The position numbers were made by a program, and so were the translations under genes. A stretch of 64,000 nucleotides of DNA from Cyanophora paradoxa CCMP329 (Eukaryota; Plantae; Glaucophyta), in assembly GCA_004431415.1 (NCBI GenBank), contig QPMI01000084.1:1-64000 (forward strand), written 5' to 3'. Shown here piece by piece: positions 34,954-45,934 of the stretch. Under the pieces are notes generated by a model. The model saw nothing but the letters and a program-made list of their open reading frames with translations. It was not told the DNA's origin and ran no database searches. The stretch's first letter is position 1. Each line of letters starts with the position of its first letter.

Positions 34954-35559
34954 TTACGGTAAATCAGAGAAGAAGATATTAGCAACGACACCATTTCGGT
35001 TGGCTCCATTTATATACCACATGTGGCTGTTACGACTCCACTTCGCTCCATTATCTTTTAAGAATTTACGCAACGTTGTGCGGCGTGTAATATTAATTCC
35101 ATGCTCTTCGAATTTCCGATGATATTTGGACAGATCGCGTTTAACATGGAAATATAGAATGTCGATCGGTTGTTGTTCATGCTCACGCTTCATGGCTCTC
35201 ACTACATCTACCATGCTATACTGAGTGCATCTAACATGACCCCAGAAATCCACAACAGGTAAATATCCTCCTGTATCATCATCGACCAGGATGATATTAT
35301 ACCTATATCTGTAAGGGTTCCCAGTGGCTTTAACATAAGCGAATACGTTATCTGATGATCGGATTACTATTTTATGCGGTTCTTCAATGAAGAAGCCAAT
35401 CGACTTCACATCTTCTCTACGAATGTATGTATTCACAAATGAGAATTGAACATGCTCACTATCAAAGGAGAAAATGACATCTAACAGTTCCACCATGTTT
35501 AATGACATTTCAGAGAGAGGGAAACTAATGATAGGGTTACCATTAAAGCGATAAGCCAT
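34954..35559 (-). CDS. Hypothetical protein
   Basis: 201-aa intact ORF with the conserved upstream element motif. Confidence 0.65.
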   Translation of the reverse strand: MAYRFNGNPIISFPLSEMSLNMVELLDVIFSFDSEHVQFSFVNTYIRREDVKSIGFFIEEPHKIVIRSSDNVFAYVKATGNPYRYRYNIILVDDDTGGYLPVVDFWGHVRCTQYSMVDVVRAMKREHEQQPIDILYFHVKRDLSKYHRKFEEHGINITRRTTLRKFLKDNGAKWSRNSHMWYINGANRNGVVANIFFSDLP

Positions 35560-35800
35560 TGCCTTTTACTTTAAGCTGAGAAAATATTTTCCTGTTGCCT
35601 AAATGTAGCGCGTTCTCCTTAAATCATTTTGCGTTGCCCACGGGGCTTTCAATTTTTGACGATCCGCGGTGAGATTCTCACGTTTACTGTCAATAAAATC
35701 AGGCTACCTGAGCGTCTATTGTCAAGATTTTCACAATTGTTGTAAACTTTACAAGTAAACATTGCAAAACGCGCAATAAAAACGTGCAGTAAACAGTAAA

Positions 35801-35965
35801 ATGAATGATCCGGTATGGGACGCGCACCCGATCCCTAATTACTTTTTAATCGACCCGGACGACCCCGGATTAAAGTGCATATGGCTTCTCCATATCCTAA
35901 GGCGACAGCTCCTTCAATTAGAGCGCAAACCAAGAAAAAGAACGCACGATAAGATAGACGACTAA
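35801..35965 (+). CDS. Small hypothetical protein (54 aa)
   Basis: GTAAAATG start, MNDPVWDAHPIPNYFL..; its stop overlaps the pPolB stop. Below the ORF-track cutoff. Confidence 0.35.
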   Translation: MNDPVWDAHPIPNYFLIDPDDPGLKCIWLLHILRRQLLQLERKPRKRTHDKIDD

Positions 35966-38900
35966 CAGCCGAATGGAAGGCTATGTATGCCGTCGCCTGA
36001 TATGCAGCGCTTGCTATCGAATTGGGTCAGCGCTATCCGCTTGCTCTCCAAATCATATAAGTGGTGGCATCGCCGTTGCTTGTTTACTACTGTTACTGTT
36101 TTTGTGATCCCGTCAAATAGGCAGCGCTTAAAGTCGTCGAAATGCACCTCTTTCGAGGCTGTCCCGCTCATTTTTACCTTGTCGTAGCTCTCGGTGCGGA
36201 AAGCATATAGCTTCGGTCGCAGCCCCACATACTCCACTATCTTGACGTCGGGCATCTCATTTTTATATTTACCGGGAACCATCCGGTTCTCGGGACTATA
36301 AGGGCAATCTAAATAAGGGCTGATCGCTCGCATACCCGCTTCCAGATCCGCGGTCTCTATATACAGACAGAACGAGTCGGTATCGTGGAACAGCAGCTGA
36401 GCTTGCGAGAAAGTCGGTCGGATCACGTCGTAAAAGAAGCTATAATTATGGAGCTTCGCGGCATCCAGCACATAAGCGCCAATCGCAACCGGTTTATCGA
36501 GTTTTACGTGTTTGCTATACATTTCGAATGCGACCGCAGTCTCGTTTAATACATTCGTCGCTTTTACCAGTGGGCTCGCGGCGTATTTCTTAAACAGCTT
36601 CGTGCTATTCGCGATCTTTACCACTGAGCGCCCTCGACACGATTCCAGGCATTTACCGTAAATAGCATTGTTCATTAATTTAAAGAAGTCGCTCTCGAAT
36701 TTATTCCGGGCTTCCTTTCGCAGTTTCGTGTTTAGATCTATATAGGGCTTCATAAATGCAGCGGTTGCAAACGAGAGCACACGGTGGATCTTAGTAACTA
36801 CGATCCCCTTTTTTACCATATAGAGCAGCATCGGCTGAGACACCACGTAATTATATTTCGGAGTAAACGAGGCGATCAGCTTCGGATCTTTACTGAGCTT
36901 CTCGCCGCTAATCTCCAAAAGCCCACGCTGATATTTCCCGAGCATGTCCGCAGTAATTACCTCTTTACTCACGATCAGCGGGAAATCGCGATGGTCGCCC
37001 TTTAAATAGTCCGGATACGCAAGGTCGACCTCTATAAATGCACTCCGCCCTACAACCTCGGTAAAAGCTGTGCTCGTGTCGTCCCAGCGATAGTCCCCGA
37101 CCGGTAAAGGCTGACTTAGCGCATAGCCATATAGATTATTCGCATCCAATAGCACTATATGTTTATCCTCGCTATTAGCATCGGCATATCGTGTGGGCAT
37201 GGTCGCAAAGCCGCCCCTAATCGCCCGCTCAATAAATTCGTATTGATCCGCATCGCTGATCTGTTCTATCGCGACCCTCGTATGCTTTAACATCGCGTCC
37301 CACGATAGTCCCGGTGCGCTCACATAATGCGTCGGATCCAGTCCGTATTGCTCATGTGCGAGCCTATGTAAATTGCATTTTCGGCAAGCTTTCCCTATAT
37401 AATCGCCGCTTTGGTGACAGTGATCGCGCACAGGGAAGTTTTCGTGGGTAAATCGCTGATTGCATATATAGCAGTGTTTGGTGATTTTATAGGCTTGCTT
37501 TTGCGCCTCTGTGAGCGGAATCATAGGTGTATTAGTAAATAGGGTATTAAGCATCTCGCGGCACAGTTCCCCTAACGTGGTAAACATCTGACCCAGCGGA
37601 TCCACGCCCTCGAATTCGTGATTTTCAACATGCGAGCCCATAACTACATTAAGTGCCACCGACTTTACCTCTCGCTTGGTTCGATTTGGTTCATTAGGAA
37701 CCGGCACCGACTCCATCTCTACCTTGCAGTAGCAGACAGTAGGAAGCCACACCATTTTCCTTAGGTGTTGCAGTCCGAAAGTAATAAAGCTTCCGGGCTC
37801 CGGGCATTTACCTTTACTCAGCCGCCAATCGATACAGCGATTAGAGTCGGTGTGGCTATCGAGTTTCTCCTGTGATCTAAACCGGGACAAGCAGGTTTCG
37901 CAGTAGAAAATGCGCCCGTCGTTTGCTTTATCAAAGGTGGTCTTTAATAGGCGGCTCAGTGACATAATCGTAATATAGTGACCCTGTCCGTTTGCGTCCT
38001 CGATCAGCAGCAGGTTTACCTTCGATTTACGACGCGGATTACTTGACATGTGCAGTGGATAAAAGGTTTGGGTCGCATTGTCGGCGCCATATATATTAAT
38101 TGACAGCTCGGGATTATTGTCCTCGAAACGATCTATTAATGCAGCATCGCAAGCCACCGGGAAATTAATGCCTGAGAAGTCCAGCTCAGTCATCCACCGC
38201 CTATATTGGAACGGATCATTACGTTTGTGTCTGTTTATGTCGTTTCTGTGCAGCCATGCGAGGATAGCGTAATTAAAGCAGTCGTGACCATCGATATTCT
38301 TAATATTTACTGTGGCTCGCTTTAATCCAATCCATTCGGGGGTCTCAATGTAGCAACCGCCCATCGGCGCATATGACAAAACGGCGACATGTAGCTTATC
38401 TAATTTACTGAGCCGGTAGCTGTCGACCTGTATCATCTGTTCATTCATTTGCTGAGCTACACCCACTAACTCAGTGAGAATATTGCGCGACCTTGTGATT
38501 ACGAAATAATCGCTGTATATGTGTTTGGTGATAAAAACGTTAGGATCACTCACTTTTACGTATCGGCAGATGAAAGTAAGTCGCACCTTAATAGCTTTCA
38601 GTTCATCCAGCCTTTCTTTCAGCCGCCCAGGCAGATTTGCAGCGATGGTAGTGAGAAATTCCACCGGATCTAAGATTATCTGTTCATCCGCCTTATAGCT
38701 ATACCAGGCGTATGCTTTATTCATTGCGAAACCGTCTTCCTCATCGGGTTCTATGACGGCTAAGCGCCGCCCTTCGGTATAGAAGCGCTCCACATTTTCC
38801 AGGCGATTATAGAGCTCGTCGGCAATATTTGCAAGGTTAGCTAAGCGGGGTTTTCGATCTAAGATCGCCGCCCTCCGATCGTATTCGGCTTCGGTGATCT

Positions 38901-38982
38901 CGCCAGTGACTAAAAGACTACCTAACAAGCCTAATATTTCGTCTTTTTTCTCTTTTATAAGGCGATTAGTTTGGCGGGGCAT
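35962..38982 (-). CDS. Protein-primed family B DNA polymerase (Polinton type), apparently lacking the exonuclease domain
   Basis: DANNLYG, KLMNNAIYGK, FHDTDS, PKLYA; CFNYAILAWLH; C2H2 finger; endonuclease VII-like finger VRDHCHQSG..ACRKCN. Confidence 0.92.
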   Translation of the reverse strand: MPRQTNRLIKEKKDEILGLLGSLLVTGEITEAEYDRRAAILDRKPRLANLANIADELYNRLENVERFYTEGRRLAVIEPDEEDGFAMNKAYAWYSYKADEQIILDPVEFLTTIAANLPGRLKERLDELKAIKVRLTFICRYVKVSDPNVFITKHIYSDYFVITRSRNILTELVGVAQQMNEQMIQVDSYRLSKLDKLHVAVLSYAPMGGCYIETPEWIGLKRATVNIKNIDGHDCFNYAILAWLHRNDINRHKRNDPFQYRRWMTELDFSGINFPVACDAALIDRFEDNNPELSINIYGADNATQTFYPLHMSSNPRRKSKVNLLLIEDANGQGHYITIMSLSRLLKTTFDKANDGRIFYCETCLSRFRSQEKLDSHTDSNRCIDWRLSKGKCPEPGSFITFGLQHLRKMVWLPTVCYCKVEMESVPVPNEPNRTKREVKSVALNVVMGSHVENHEFEGVDPLGQMFTTLGELCREMLNTLFTNTPMIPLTEAQKQAYKITKHCYICNQRFTHENFPVRDHCHQSGDYIGKACRKCNLHRLAHEQYGLDPTHYVSAPGLSWDAMLKHTRVAIEQISDADQYEFIERAIRGGFATMPTRYADANSEDKHIVLLDANNLYGYALSQPLPVGDYRWDDTSTAFTEVVGRSAFIEVDLAYPDYLKGDHRDFPLIVSKEVITADMLGKYQRGLLEISGEKLSKDPKLIASFTPKYNYVVSQPMLLYMVKKGIVVTKIHRVLSFATAAFMKPYIDLNTKLRKEARNKFESDFFKLMNNAIYGKCLESCRGRSVVKIANSTKLFKKYAASPLVKATNVLNETAVAFEMYSKHVKLDKPVAIGAYVLDAAKLHNYSFFYDVIRPTFSQAQLLFHDTDSFCLYIETADLEAGMRAISPYLDCPYSPENRMVPGKYKNEMPDVKIVEYVGLRPKLYAFRTESYDKVKMSGTASKEVHFDDFKRCLFDGITKTVTVVNKQRRCHHLYDLESKRIALTQFDSKRCISGDGIHSLPFGC

Positions 38983-39112
38983 CTTTTACTTTAAGGGAAC
39001 ATTTTTATTTCGGGAAAGGACGCGTTCAAAAATGTGGAAACATATTTAAGGACAACTCAAAAAAATGACACATAGGAAAACATTTTATGTGTATCAGATA
39101 TAGAGAAACACA

Positions 39113-39607
39113 ATGAATACCCAAGAGATAATAGAATATTGTAAGACACTTACAAATATTCCCGTAACAGAAGCAACAAAAGAATGCACAGACAAGAACT
39201 ATCTCAAATGGGAAAAGAAGAATGCGCGTAAGAAGGTAATCTTTGTTATATCACAAACGCGTAAACATCAGGACATGTTTTTACATCTTAATATGGCTTC
39301 CCAGTTTTACCATCCGCATAGGCAGCACATATGCGCATTGGTTTACAAAGGATATAAAATGTTAATACCACTTGACATTACGAAAGAGAAATGCATTGAG
39401 GTAATACAAAATGTTATATCCGGCTATTCTAAAAAACAAGATGGGGAAGTTAAGTGTGTGATTTGTTTAGAGGTTATAGAAACGGAAGATTTAGCTTGTG
39501 CGCAGTGTAATAGTTCTGTGTGTGAATCTTGCATATCCAAAATGACTTATAAACAACGTTTTACCTGTCCAGTTTGTCGTATTGGGAGCTTGCAACAATA
39601 CCATTAA
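39113..39607 (+). CDS. RING-finger protein
   Basis: CVICLE..ACAQCNSSVCESC..CPVCR. Confidence 0.75.
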   Translation: MNTQEIIEYCKTLTNIPVTEATKECTDKNYLKWEKKNARKKVIFVISQTRKHQDMFLHLNMASQFYHPHRQHICALVYKGYKMLIPLDITKEKCIEVIQNVISGYSKKQDGEVKCVICLEVIETEDLACAQCNSSVCESCISKMTYKQRFTCPVCRIGSLQQYH

Positions 39608-39647
39608 TGGCAAGTGCCTAAGTTAGCTTACTGACGTTTTTTGTTTT

Positions 39648-39866
39648 TCGATAGGGTGGGGAGGGTGGGGTGAGGTGGGGCATTTTTTGAGTTCCAATAA
39701 AAAATTCTCCCACCCAAACATTTTGGGCAAAAAAGACCCCACCCAACCCCACCCTCCCCACCCTGTATTAACAACCATGATTTACACTGAAATTCAATGT
39801 GTTTTAAGTTATAAAAATAAGATATATCAATGTTAGAATGAAACCAGGTGGGGTGTAGGGTGGGGT
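39648..39866 (+). repeat. G-tract/C-tract inverted-repeat module immediately 3' of the helicase stop
   Basis: Same module as at 27363-28380. Confidence 0.85.
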
Positions 39867-40794
39867 CAGGCTTCCACATCTGAATCCTCGAATTTGGTGC
39901 CCCTTTTCTTTGGTTGCGGCTGAGGAGAATCATCTTCTTTAATCGAATCATCATCGATAAGCTTCAACTTTCGGAATTCAGACATCATCTCATTCCACAG
40001 GAAGTGATAGTTAGATTTTCCATTGGTCGTTTTCACTTGAATATATGTAGTCGTGCGCATCTCAGTATAGAACCGCTTGCTATTATAATCGTTTTTATAT
40101 TTGTTTTCAGAGATGAAGTCTTTGAACAGCTCCCATGTCGATGCAAGACCGCCCAGCTTGGTTTTCAGCTCTGTAACCCGCTCACTATCGACAAGCCACT
40201 TCGCAAACATAAGAATAATCGGTGCAGCCGCTTGCTGAACTAAGTAGTATCGGTTTGTTAGCGGTCTGTCTTGACTCCAATTGACTTTCTCGCAATTTAC
40301 TTTCGTCCTGAGATACTGAACGATATTTCGAATATTTCTCATATCATTCAGCCACTCAACAAGCGGGGCGAAATAATCCTTATTACAGCGCTGTTTGTCA
40401 CTCACCTCAATGACCACAAAGCGACGATCATCAGCCTCGATCTTGACAGGGACAGTATTGTTGCTTGTGAAAACGATTCGCGCGAAATTCTTCTTATCAT
40501 ACGAGTCTATTCCTTTGTGCTCAATTACAATCTTCGGGGCTGTGACTATATCTTTGAGAAGGTCGCTATGTTCAAAGGTGTCCTTTCCGGAAGCTTCATT
40601 TACAACGATCAGAATCTTATCCTCCCGATTGTGAGCAAACCGCCCGAATAAATCATCCTTTGGCTTGGCTGTCGAGTATGCCAATGCATCACCGAGGATC
40701 TTCTTCTCAAAGGTATCAATGAGCATATTCTTTCCAGCGCCTTGGCGACCTAGGAAGATGAGGGACACGTTATTTAGTTCCCCCGGCTTTTGCA
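39866..40794 (-). pseudogene. SF3 (D5-like) helicase: 3' half of the interrupted primase-helicase gene
   Basis: QKPGE..GRQGAGKN (Walker A), IVVNEA (Walker B), FTSNN, DDRRF. Confidence 0.9.
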
Positions 40795-41198
40795 AGCTCA
40801 GCACTGCGCCGTGTCTCCAAAAAAATACCCGCGAAAAAATCAAAAACAAATCAGAAAACAAACCATTCCCAGTAACCCAATCTTGAATATCAGTAAATCT
40901 CAGTAAGCCTCAGTAAGAAACATTGAATTAATCGAAGTTATATCATAATCTCGATTAATTATATCTTATCGAAGTTATATCTTTTTTATGCGCCGTGTCT
41001 CCAAAACAATTCCCAAGAAAAACAAACCATTCCCAGTAACCCTATTCGTATTCAACAGTAATCTCAGTAAGCCTCAGTAACAAAAATCGAATTAATCGAA
41101 GTTATATCTTAAATCTTATTTATCGAAGTTATATCATAATCTCGATAAATTATATTTAATCGAAGTTATATCCTTTTCATCCGCCGTGTCTCCCATGA
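40795..41198 (+). repeat. Left TIR of element C (404 bp)
   Basis: Reverse complement of 51933-52336; contains three CGCCGTGTCTCC subrepeats and multiple ATCGAAGTTATATC. Confidence 0.95.
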
Positions 41199-41633
41199 AT
41201 AACTAAGTAAGTTTAGTTAAAACCTCGAAAGAAAAACCTCTCATTTTTTACTGTATTTTTTGAACGATTTTTTACTGTATTTGTTACACTAGAAACAACA
41301 ATAGAAACGACAATAAAAACAATAGAATTTTAATTGTTTTTGAATCGTATATACGTCAATATATCACTGTAATATATATCATATATATCATAGGAAATCG
41401 ATTTATAGTCAAACCTATAACATATCAATTTGTGTATATGTGATATATATTCATATATGACGTCATGATGATGATGTATATGTATCTGATATATATGACA
41501 CACCGGCTTATTCGGGAGATCATGACGATCACGGCGATGTGTATATTGTCATGATGTATATGTATATATGTGTGACGCAATCTGATTGGTGTGCTACTTG
41601 TTTTGTTGTATCCCCCTTCAACTTCTCCCCAGG

Positions 41634-41887
41634 TTTATATCACAGATAACATCTCAGATAATACCTCAGATAATACCTCAGATAATACCTCAGATTATAT
41701 CTCAGATAATACCTCAGATTATATCTCAGATAATACCTCATATATTAATTTTAAATTTGCTGGCTTCTGATTGGTTCATGCCACAGAGTAGGGACTTTTC
41801 ATCAAATGCGCCATAAAATGCGCCATAAAATGCGCCATAAAATGCGCCATTAAATGCGCCATTAAATGCGCCATTAAATGCGCCATG
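41634..41887 (+). repeat. Two 12-bp minisatellites: (CAGATAATACCT)~9 and (AAATGCGCCATW)7
   Basis: At 41634-41740 and 41804-41887. Confidence 0.9.
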
Positions 41888-42130
41888 AAAACCCGGGGAA
41901 TAAACCATAGTAGGGTATATGATCTCACGGTTCAAGTTTCGCTCACGTTTCACCGAAATTTCGGTAAATCGATTATCGGCATCTTCAAACGCTTGTATCT
42001 CATCACCAGATTATGATCTCGCAACGTTTTGCATAGCGTTTTGAAGCGCTTGTTAAGCTCTACACAACTACGTAATCATCGTATTATTTCAAGCTACCTT
42101 GTCATACAATATTTCTCACAAATCGTCCTT

Positions 42131-42889
42131 TCACACACTGATTGTGGTCATTTCTCGTTGGATCCGAGCCATCTGACCCCTTTTAATTGCTTTTCTCTTC
42201 ACAAACTTCTTAAAGCCCTTCATATCATCATCTGTTAGTACTGCTCTATCAGTATAGGTCTTGATATCATAACCTTGCAGGCTAGCTATGACAGTTTGGT
42301 AATTATAACCCCATAGTCTATGCAATTCCTTGTAGGTCTTCTTATCCAAACCACCATTGTACTCATCAAAGGCGCAATTGAACTCTTTCTCGTTCCCAAG
42401 AATATTGAAAAATACAACGAACTCCACATTGCGACGAATGGTAGTAGAAATAGAACACAAACGCTGAACATTAAAGATTACCGAGATTGAATAATGTCTT
42501 CCACTCGTTACTAATTTAGATAACACAGCCGAATTATGCATATCCAAATTTGAACCTATCATGTCATCGAGTATGATAACTAGGTTATTTCGCTTTTCGT
42601 TATTCTCAATTCGTTTCTTTTGCATACTGATCAATCTCAAAACAATGTTATCATCCCACTCTTCATAGATGTTATCGGGATGGGTGATGTCATTGAATTG
42701 TCCAGTAAAAGCTGTTGAACTAAATATAACGATTTGATTGATCTTGTCACGAAGCTCGTAAAGTAAGTATTTTGTGAACATTGTCTTACCTGTATTGGAG
42801 CGACCAACATTCAAAATTCTTGTCGGGATTCGAACCGTCTTACTCGGATCGAACTCCGGAATATCATCAAGATTTACTGTGTTATCCAT
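42131..42889 (-). CDS. A32-like genome packaging ATPase
   Basis: GRSNTGKT, LVIILDDM, SGRHYSISVIFNVQ, IRRN. Confidence 0.9.
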   Translation of the reverse strand: MDNTVNLDDIPEFDPSKTVRIPTRILNVGRSNTGKTMFTKYLLYELRDKINQIVIFSSTAFTGQFNDITHPDNIYEEWDDNIVLRLISMQKKRIENNEKRNNLVIILDDMIGSNLDMHNSAVLSKLVTSGRHYSISVIFNVQRLCSISTTIRRNVEFVVFFNILGNEKEFNCAFDEYNGGLDKKTYKELHRLWGYNYQTVIASLQGYDIKTYTDRAVLTDDDMKGFKKFVKRKAIKRGQMARIQREMTTISV

Positions 42890-42969
42890 TACAGTAATAA
42901 GATAAAAAACAAAATAAAGTACACACCTACAAATAATTGCGCTTCCTACACTAACAAAAGAAAAGAACT

Positions 42970-44196
42970 TTAGAAGTTCGAGACTTTCAGGGTAGAGATG
43001 TTGTAGCCATTAAGTACCATAACATTGTGTCGGAGGGCATAGATATCAACCTGAACAGGAGCGGCATCAGTGCATCCGGAAACAGTGAGATCCATGTAAC
43101 TCGAGCTGCTGTTGAAGAAATCCTGGTAACCCATAACCGAGTTCCGAAGCGAATCTTTTCCAGACTTGGAAAGAACAATTCCGTAAACATTTCCAGACTC
43201 GAATCCGTACGTGGTATTGCCCACAGTAACACCCTTGTAGTGAGAAGGAATGTGATTGACAGCAGAGAGGAAACCGGAAATGGGTTTGTTAGATATATCC
43301 AGGGAGCGATTGTTGTGGAAGATCTGGAACTGATCAATCTTAACAGCAGATTCATGACCGCAGAAATCCGAGTGAGTGTAGGTGTTAAGTTTGTTCACCT
43401 CTCGAACAGTCATCAGAATCGAGTGAACCAGACCAGAAACATTAGCGAGTGTAACCTCAACCGATTCACCAGCATCAGCGGTTTTGAGCGCTCGGGTCTT
43501 CTTGTGAATGACCTCTGTGATCGGGATGCGAATGCCACCTTGTTCGTTCGCCATTTTAAGGAGTGTCTCAGCCTCAGCCGAAGCAATGTTTACGAATTGG
43601 CAGATCAGAGAGCAATCCGCAAAGGTTACAGATCCACCAGCCGGAACTTGGACAATCGCAGCATCACGGAAATCAACCTCGATTGTTGGCATATCGGCTA
43701 GCGTACATAATGGGAAATAAGCTTCTTCCCAGAAAGCAGCGGGGATTCTAACGATGTATTCCATTGCTTCATCTGTGCTTTCACGATCTGTCTCTTTGAA
43801 GTAACCGAGAGAAGCATACATGCTGCTCATGGTAGCGTGATCATTATCGACCAGGGCGTTTACAGTGATCCAATCACCAGGGATAATATACTTGAAACCA
43901 CCATGAACGAAACGGACCTCATTAATAAAAGAAGAACCACCATTGGGGAGGGTGCAGGCTACACCACCACCAGTGGCAATCTTGAAATAGAGCGAAACAC
44001 CAGCAAGGAGTTGCTTGCGAGGTAGATCAAAGTAAGCGGTATTCTTGAAGCCAAAAGTGTTGCCCCGGGGACGAACTTGCTCGAGGAATGGTTTGTATTT
44101 GGGGTTGGTTCCGATTTGGAGACCAGGGGAAAGATAAATTTGATCGGAACCGGGAGTTACGAGGAGTTCCTTCAGGGTAGTTCCAGTGAGTGCCAT
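42970..44196 (-). CDS. Double jelly-roll major capsid protein
   Basis: 408 aa, next to the ATPase and penton; colinear homology with 57699-59147 (F.LPR, V/MRIP, GY.D...S.SS, A..HN). Confidence 0.75.
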   Translation of the reverse strand: MALTGTTLKELLVTPGSDQIYLSPGLQIGTNPKYKPFLEQVRPRGNTFGFKNTAYFDLPRKQLLAGVSLYFKIATGGGVACTLPNGGSSFINEVRFVHGGFKYIIPGDWITVNALVDNDHATMSSMYASLGYFKETDRESTDEAMEYIVRIPAAFWEEAYFPLCTLADMPTIEVDFRDAAIVQVPAGGSVTFADCSLICQFVNIASAEAETLLKMANEQGGIRIPITEVIHKKTRALKTADAGESVEVTLANVSGLVHSILMTVREVNKLNTYTHSDFCGHESAVKIDQFQIFHNNRSLDISNKPISGFLSAVNHIPSHYKGVTVGNTTYGFESGNVYGIVLSKSGKDSLRNSVMGYQDFFNSSSSYMDLTVSGCTDAAPVQVDIYALRHNVMVLNGYNISTLKVSNF

Positions 44197-44248
44197 CTCT
44201 TATGTTTAAAATACCAAAAGAAATTTTTAAAATGCTTTATTAAACAGA

Positions 44249-45136
44249 ATGACGCGTTACTATCTCAATATTGATTCCAGGGACCGATCGGATGGAACCC
44301 CAACTAATTTCACATACAGACTCCCTTATGCGATCCAAAAGGTCAGAGCCTGTCGAGTAACGAACTTTGAGATGTTTCACAATCTTTACAACCTCTCTGA
44401 AGTAGGAACCCTCACCACACAAACACTCGATAATGCTGGGAACCCAAAGAATAGAAACAACGAAGTCCTCCGAGGTGCATATACACCGGATTCACTGGTG
44501 AATTATCTGATCGCTCGCATTGGATCCCAGCCCTATAATCAAGCGGGTGGCGGAACTTACACTCGCCATTTCTATGTAACCTATGATCCCACAACATTGC
44601 TTCTAAGGTTCATGTGTGAGGTTCCATTCTCAATCACTATGAACACTCAACTCTTAGCCAATTTCTGTGGTTTTGAAAATGCTAACACACTGTACCAATC
44701 GAGTCCTCTATCATCTAATGTCACAGTTGGAGCCTTTACTTATGCTCACTACATTGATAGTGAAATGCCATTAGATCTACTATTTAATTCCTATTTGCTT
44801 CTTCATGTTGATCCACTGAAAGGAAGATATGTGAGCAATAACAAACGAGATAACAATGCTATCGCGAAAATTGAGATTGACCAAACGGTTGGCAGTCTAT
44901 TAAAATATGATTCATCGAATAATTCCATGATCGTTCACGAGCAGAATGGCTTGGTTGAGGTTGAGACTCTAGATGTGAGACTTTCTTACTGGAATGGAGC
45001 CACAGCAGACATTACTACCGACTGGTCGATGACTCTTGAACTGATTACTGAAGATGATAAAGATCTGACGAAAAAAGCATTGAAGAATGTCATAAAAGAG
45101 TTGGAGGGACTCTACCTGCCGTTCTCACGGTCATAG
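44249..45136 (+). CDS. Minor capsid (penton) protein
   Basis: YLNIDSRDR..FTYRLP N-terminus; LDVRLSYWNG..WSMTLEL C-terminus. Confidence 0.8.
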   Translation: MTRYYLNIDSRDRSDGTPTNFTYRLPYAIQKVRACRVTNFEMFHNLYNLSEVGTLTTQTLDNAGNPKNRNNEVLRGAYTPDSLVNYLIARIGSQPYNQAGGGTYTRHFYVTYDPTTLLLRFMCEVPFSITMNTQLLANFCGFENANTLYQSSPLSSNVTVGAFTYAHYIDSEMPLDLLFNSYLLLHVDPLKGRYVSNNKRDNNAIAKIEIDQTVGSLLKYDSSNNSMIVHEQNGLVEVETLDVRLSYWNGATADITTDWSMTLELITEDDKDLTKKALKNVIKELEGLYLPFSRS

Positions 45137-45172
45137 GAAATACTGTAGAATAAATTTGTTTCAATATTACAA

Positions 45173-45934
45173 ATGGCTCGCAAGACTCAACCCAAGAATT
45201 TCTTAGCCAAACCAGCCGCTGAAGCGGATGTTGGCAATGGTGAGAATGGAAGGAACTGGTATAAGAAATCGAAAGGACTCGCTGCATACGGAACTGGTGA
45301 CCTCGAAAAGGAAGTCCATAAAGAACGAAACCAATTCACCCAAGCCACTACGAAAAACAGTAATGATGATAATGCCCTTGTTGACCAAGTCCCACTGAAC
45401 CGCATGCCCGGAGCCAAACGAGGAATCAAGAAAGGACAGTTCAAATCATCCACAAAGGACAAGGTTGCCTCATCATCGACACTGCTGAAACTGCTTGATG
45501 GTGGTGAGCGACTCTACTCAACCTATTCCGAGAAAGACCATCGCAACCGCTACTTTATTCGTTCAACCACTGGTGGACTGAAATCTGTAACATATCAGTA
45601 TGCTAAGAGTCTTGTTGATGGTATTGCAGCAGAGACCAAAAACGAAAACAAGATCAAGGAACAGCCAATCACAAAGGAAAAGGTTGAGAAGAAACCAGAA
45701 GTAACCCATGAAGTTATTCCCGAACCTGTTCATGTGGCAAAAGACTCACCTACAGAATTGATTGCAAAGACCATTGAGTATCAAGACTCCAACAAAACGG
45801 ATTTGCCGGTTCTCAATAAGTCGATCCTTCGGGTTGCCACTTCGCAGGCTGATCCAGTCAACTCGATTCCAAATGCTGCCCCAATGGTCTCTGGATTCGC
45901 CAAGCTTGGTATAAGACCCGGTTATCGCCGTTAA
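45173..45934 (+). CDS. Hypothetical basic protein (possible core protein)
   Basis: Intact 253-aa K-rich ORF. Confidence 0.65.
   Translation: MARKTQPKNFLAKPAAEADVGNGENGRNWYKKSKGLAAYGTGDLEKEVHKERNQFTQATTKNSNDDNALVDQVPLNRMPGAKRGIKKGQFKSSTKDKVASSSTLLKLLDGGERLYSTYSEKDHRNRYFIRSTTGGLKSVTYQYAKSLVDGIAAETKNENKIKEQPITKEKVEKKPEVTHEVIPEPVHVAKDSPTELIAKTIEYQDSNKTDLPVLNKSILRVATSQADPVNSIPNAAPMVSGFAKLGIRPGYRR

Noticed and set aside
39866-40861. Stand-alone 331-aa helicase starting at 40861
   Set aside because: Its first ~22 codons come from element C's TIR; the real N-terminus is at 54033.
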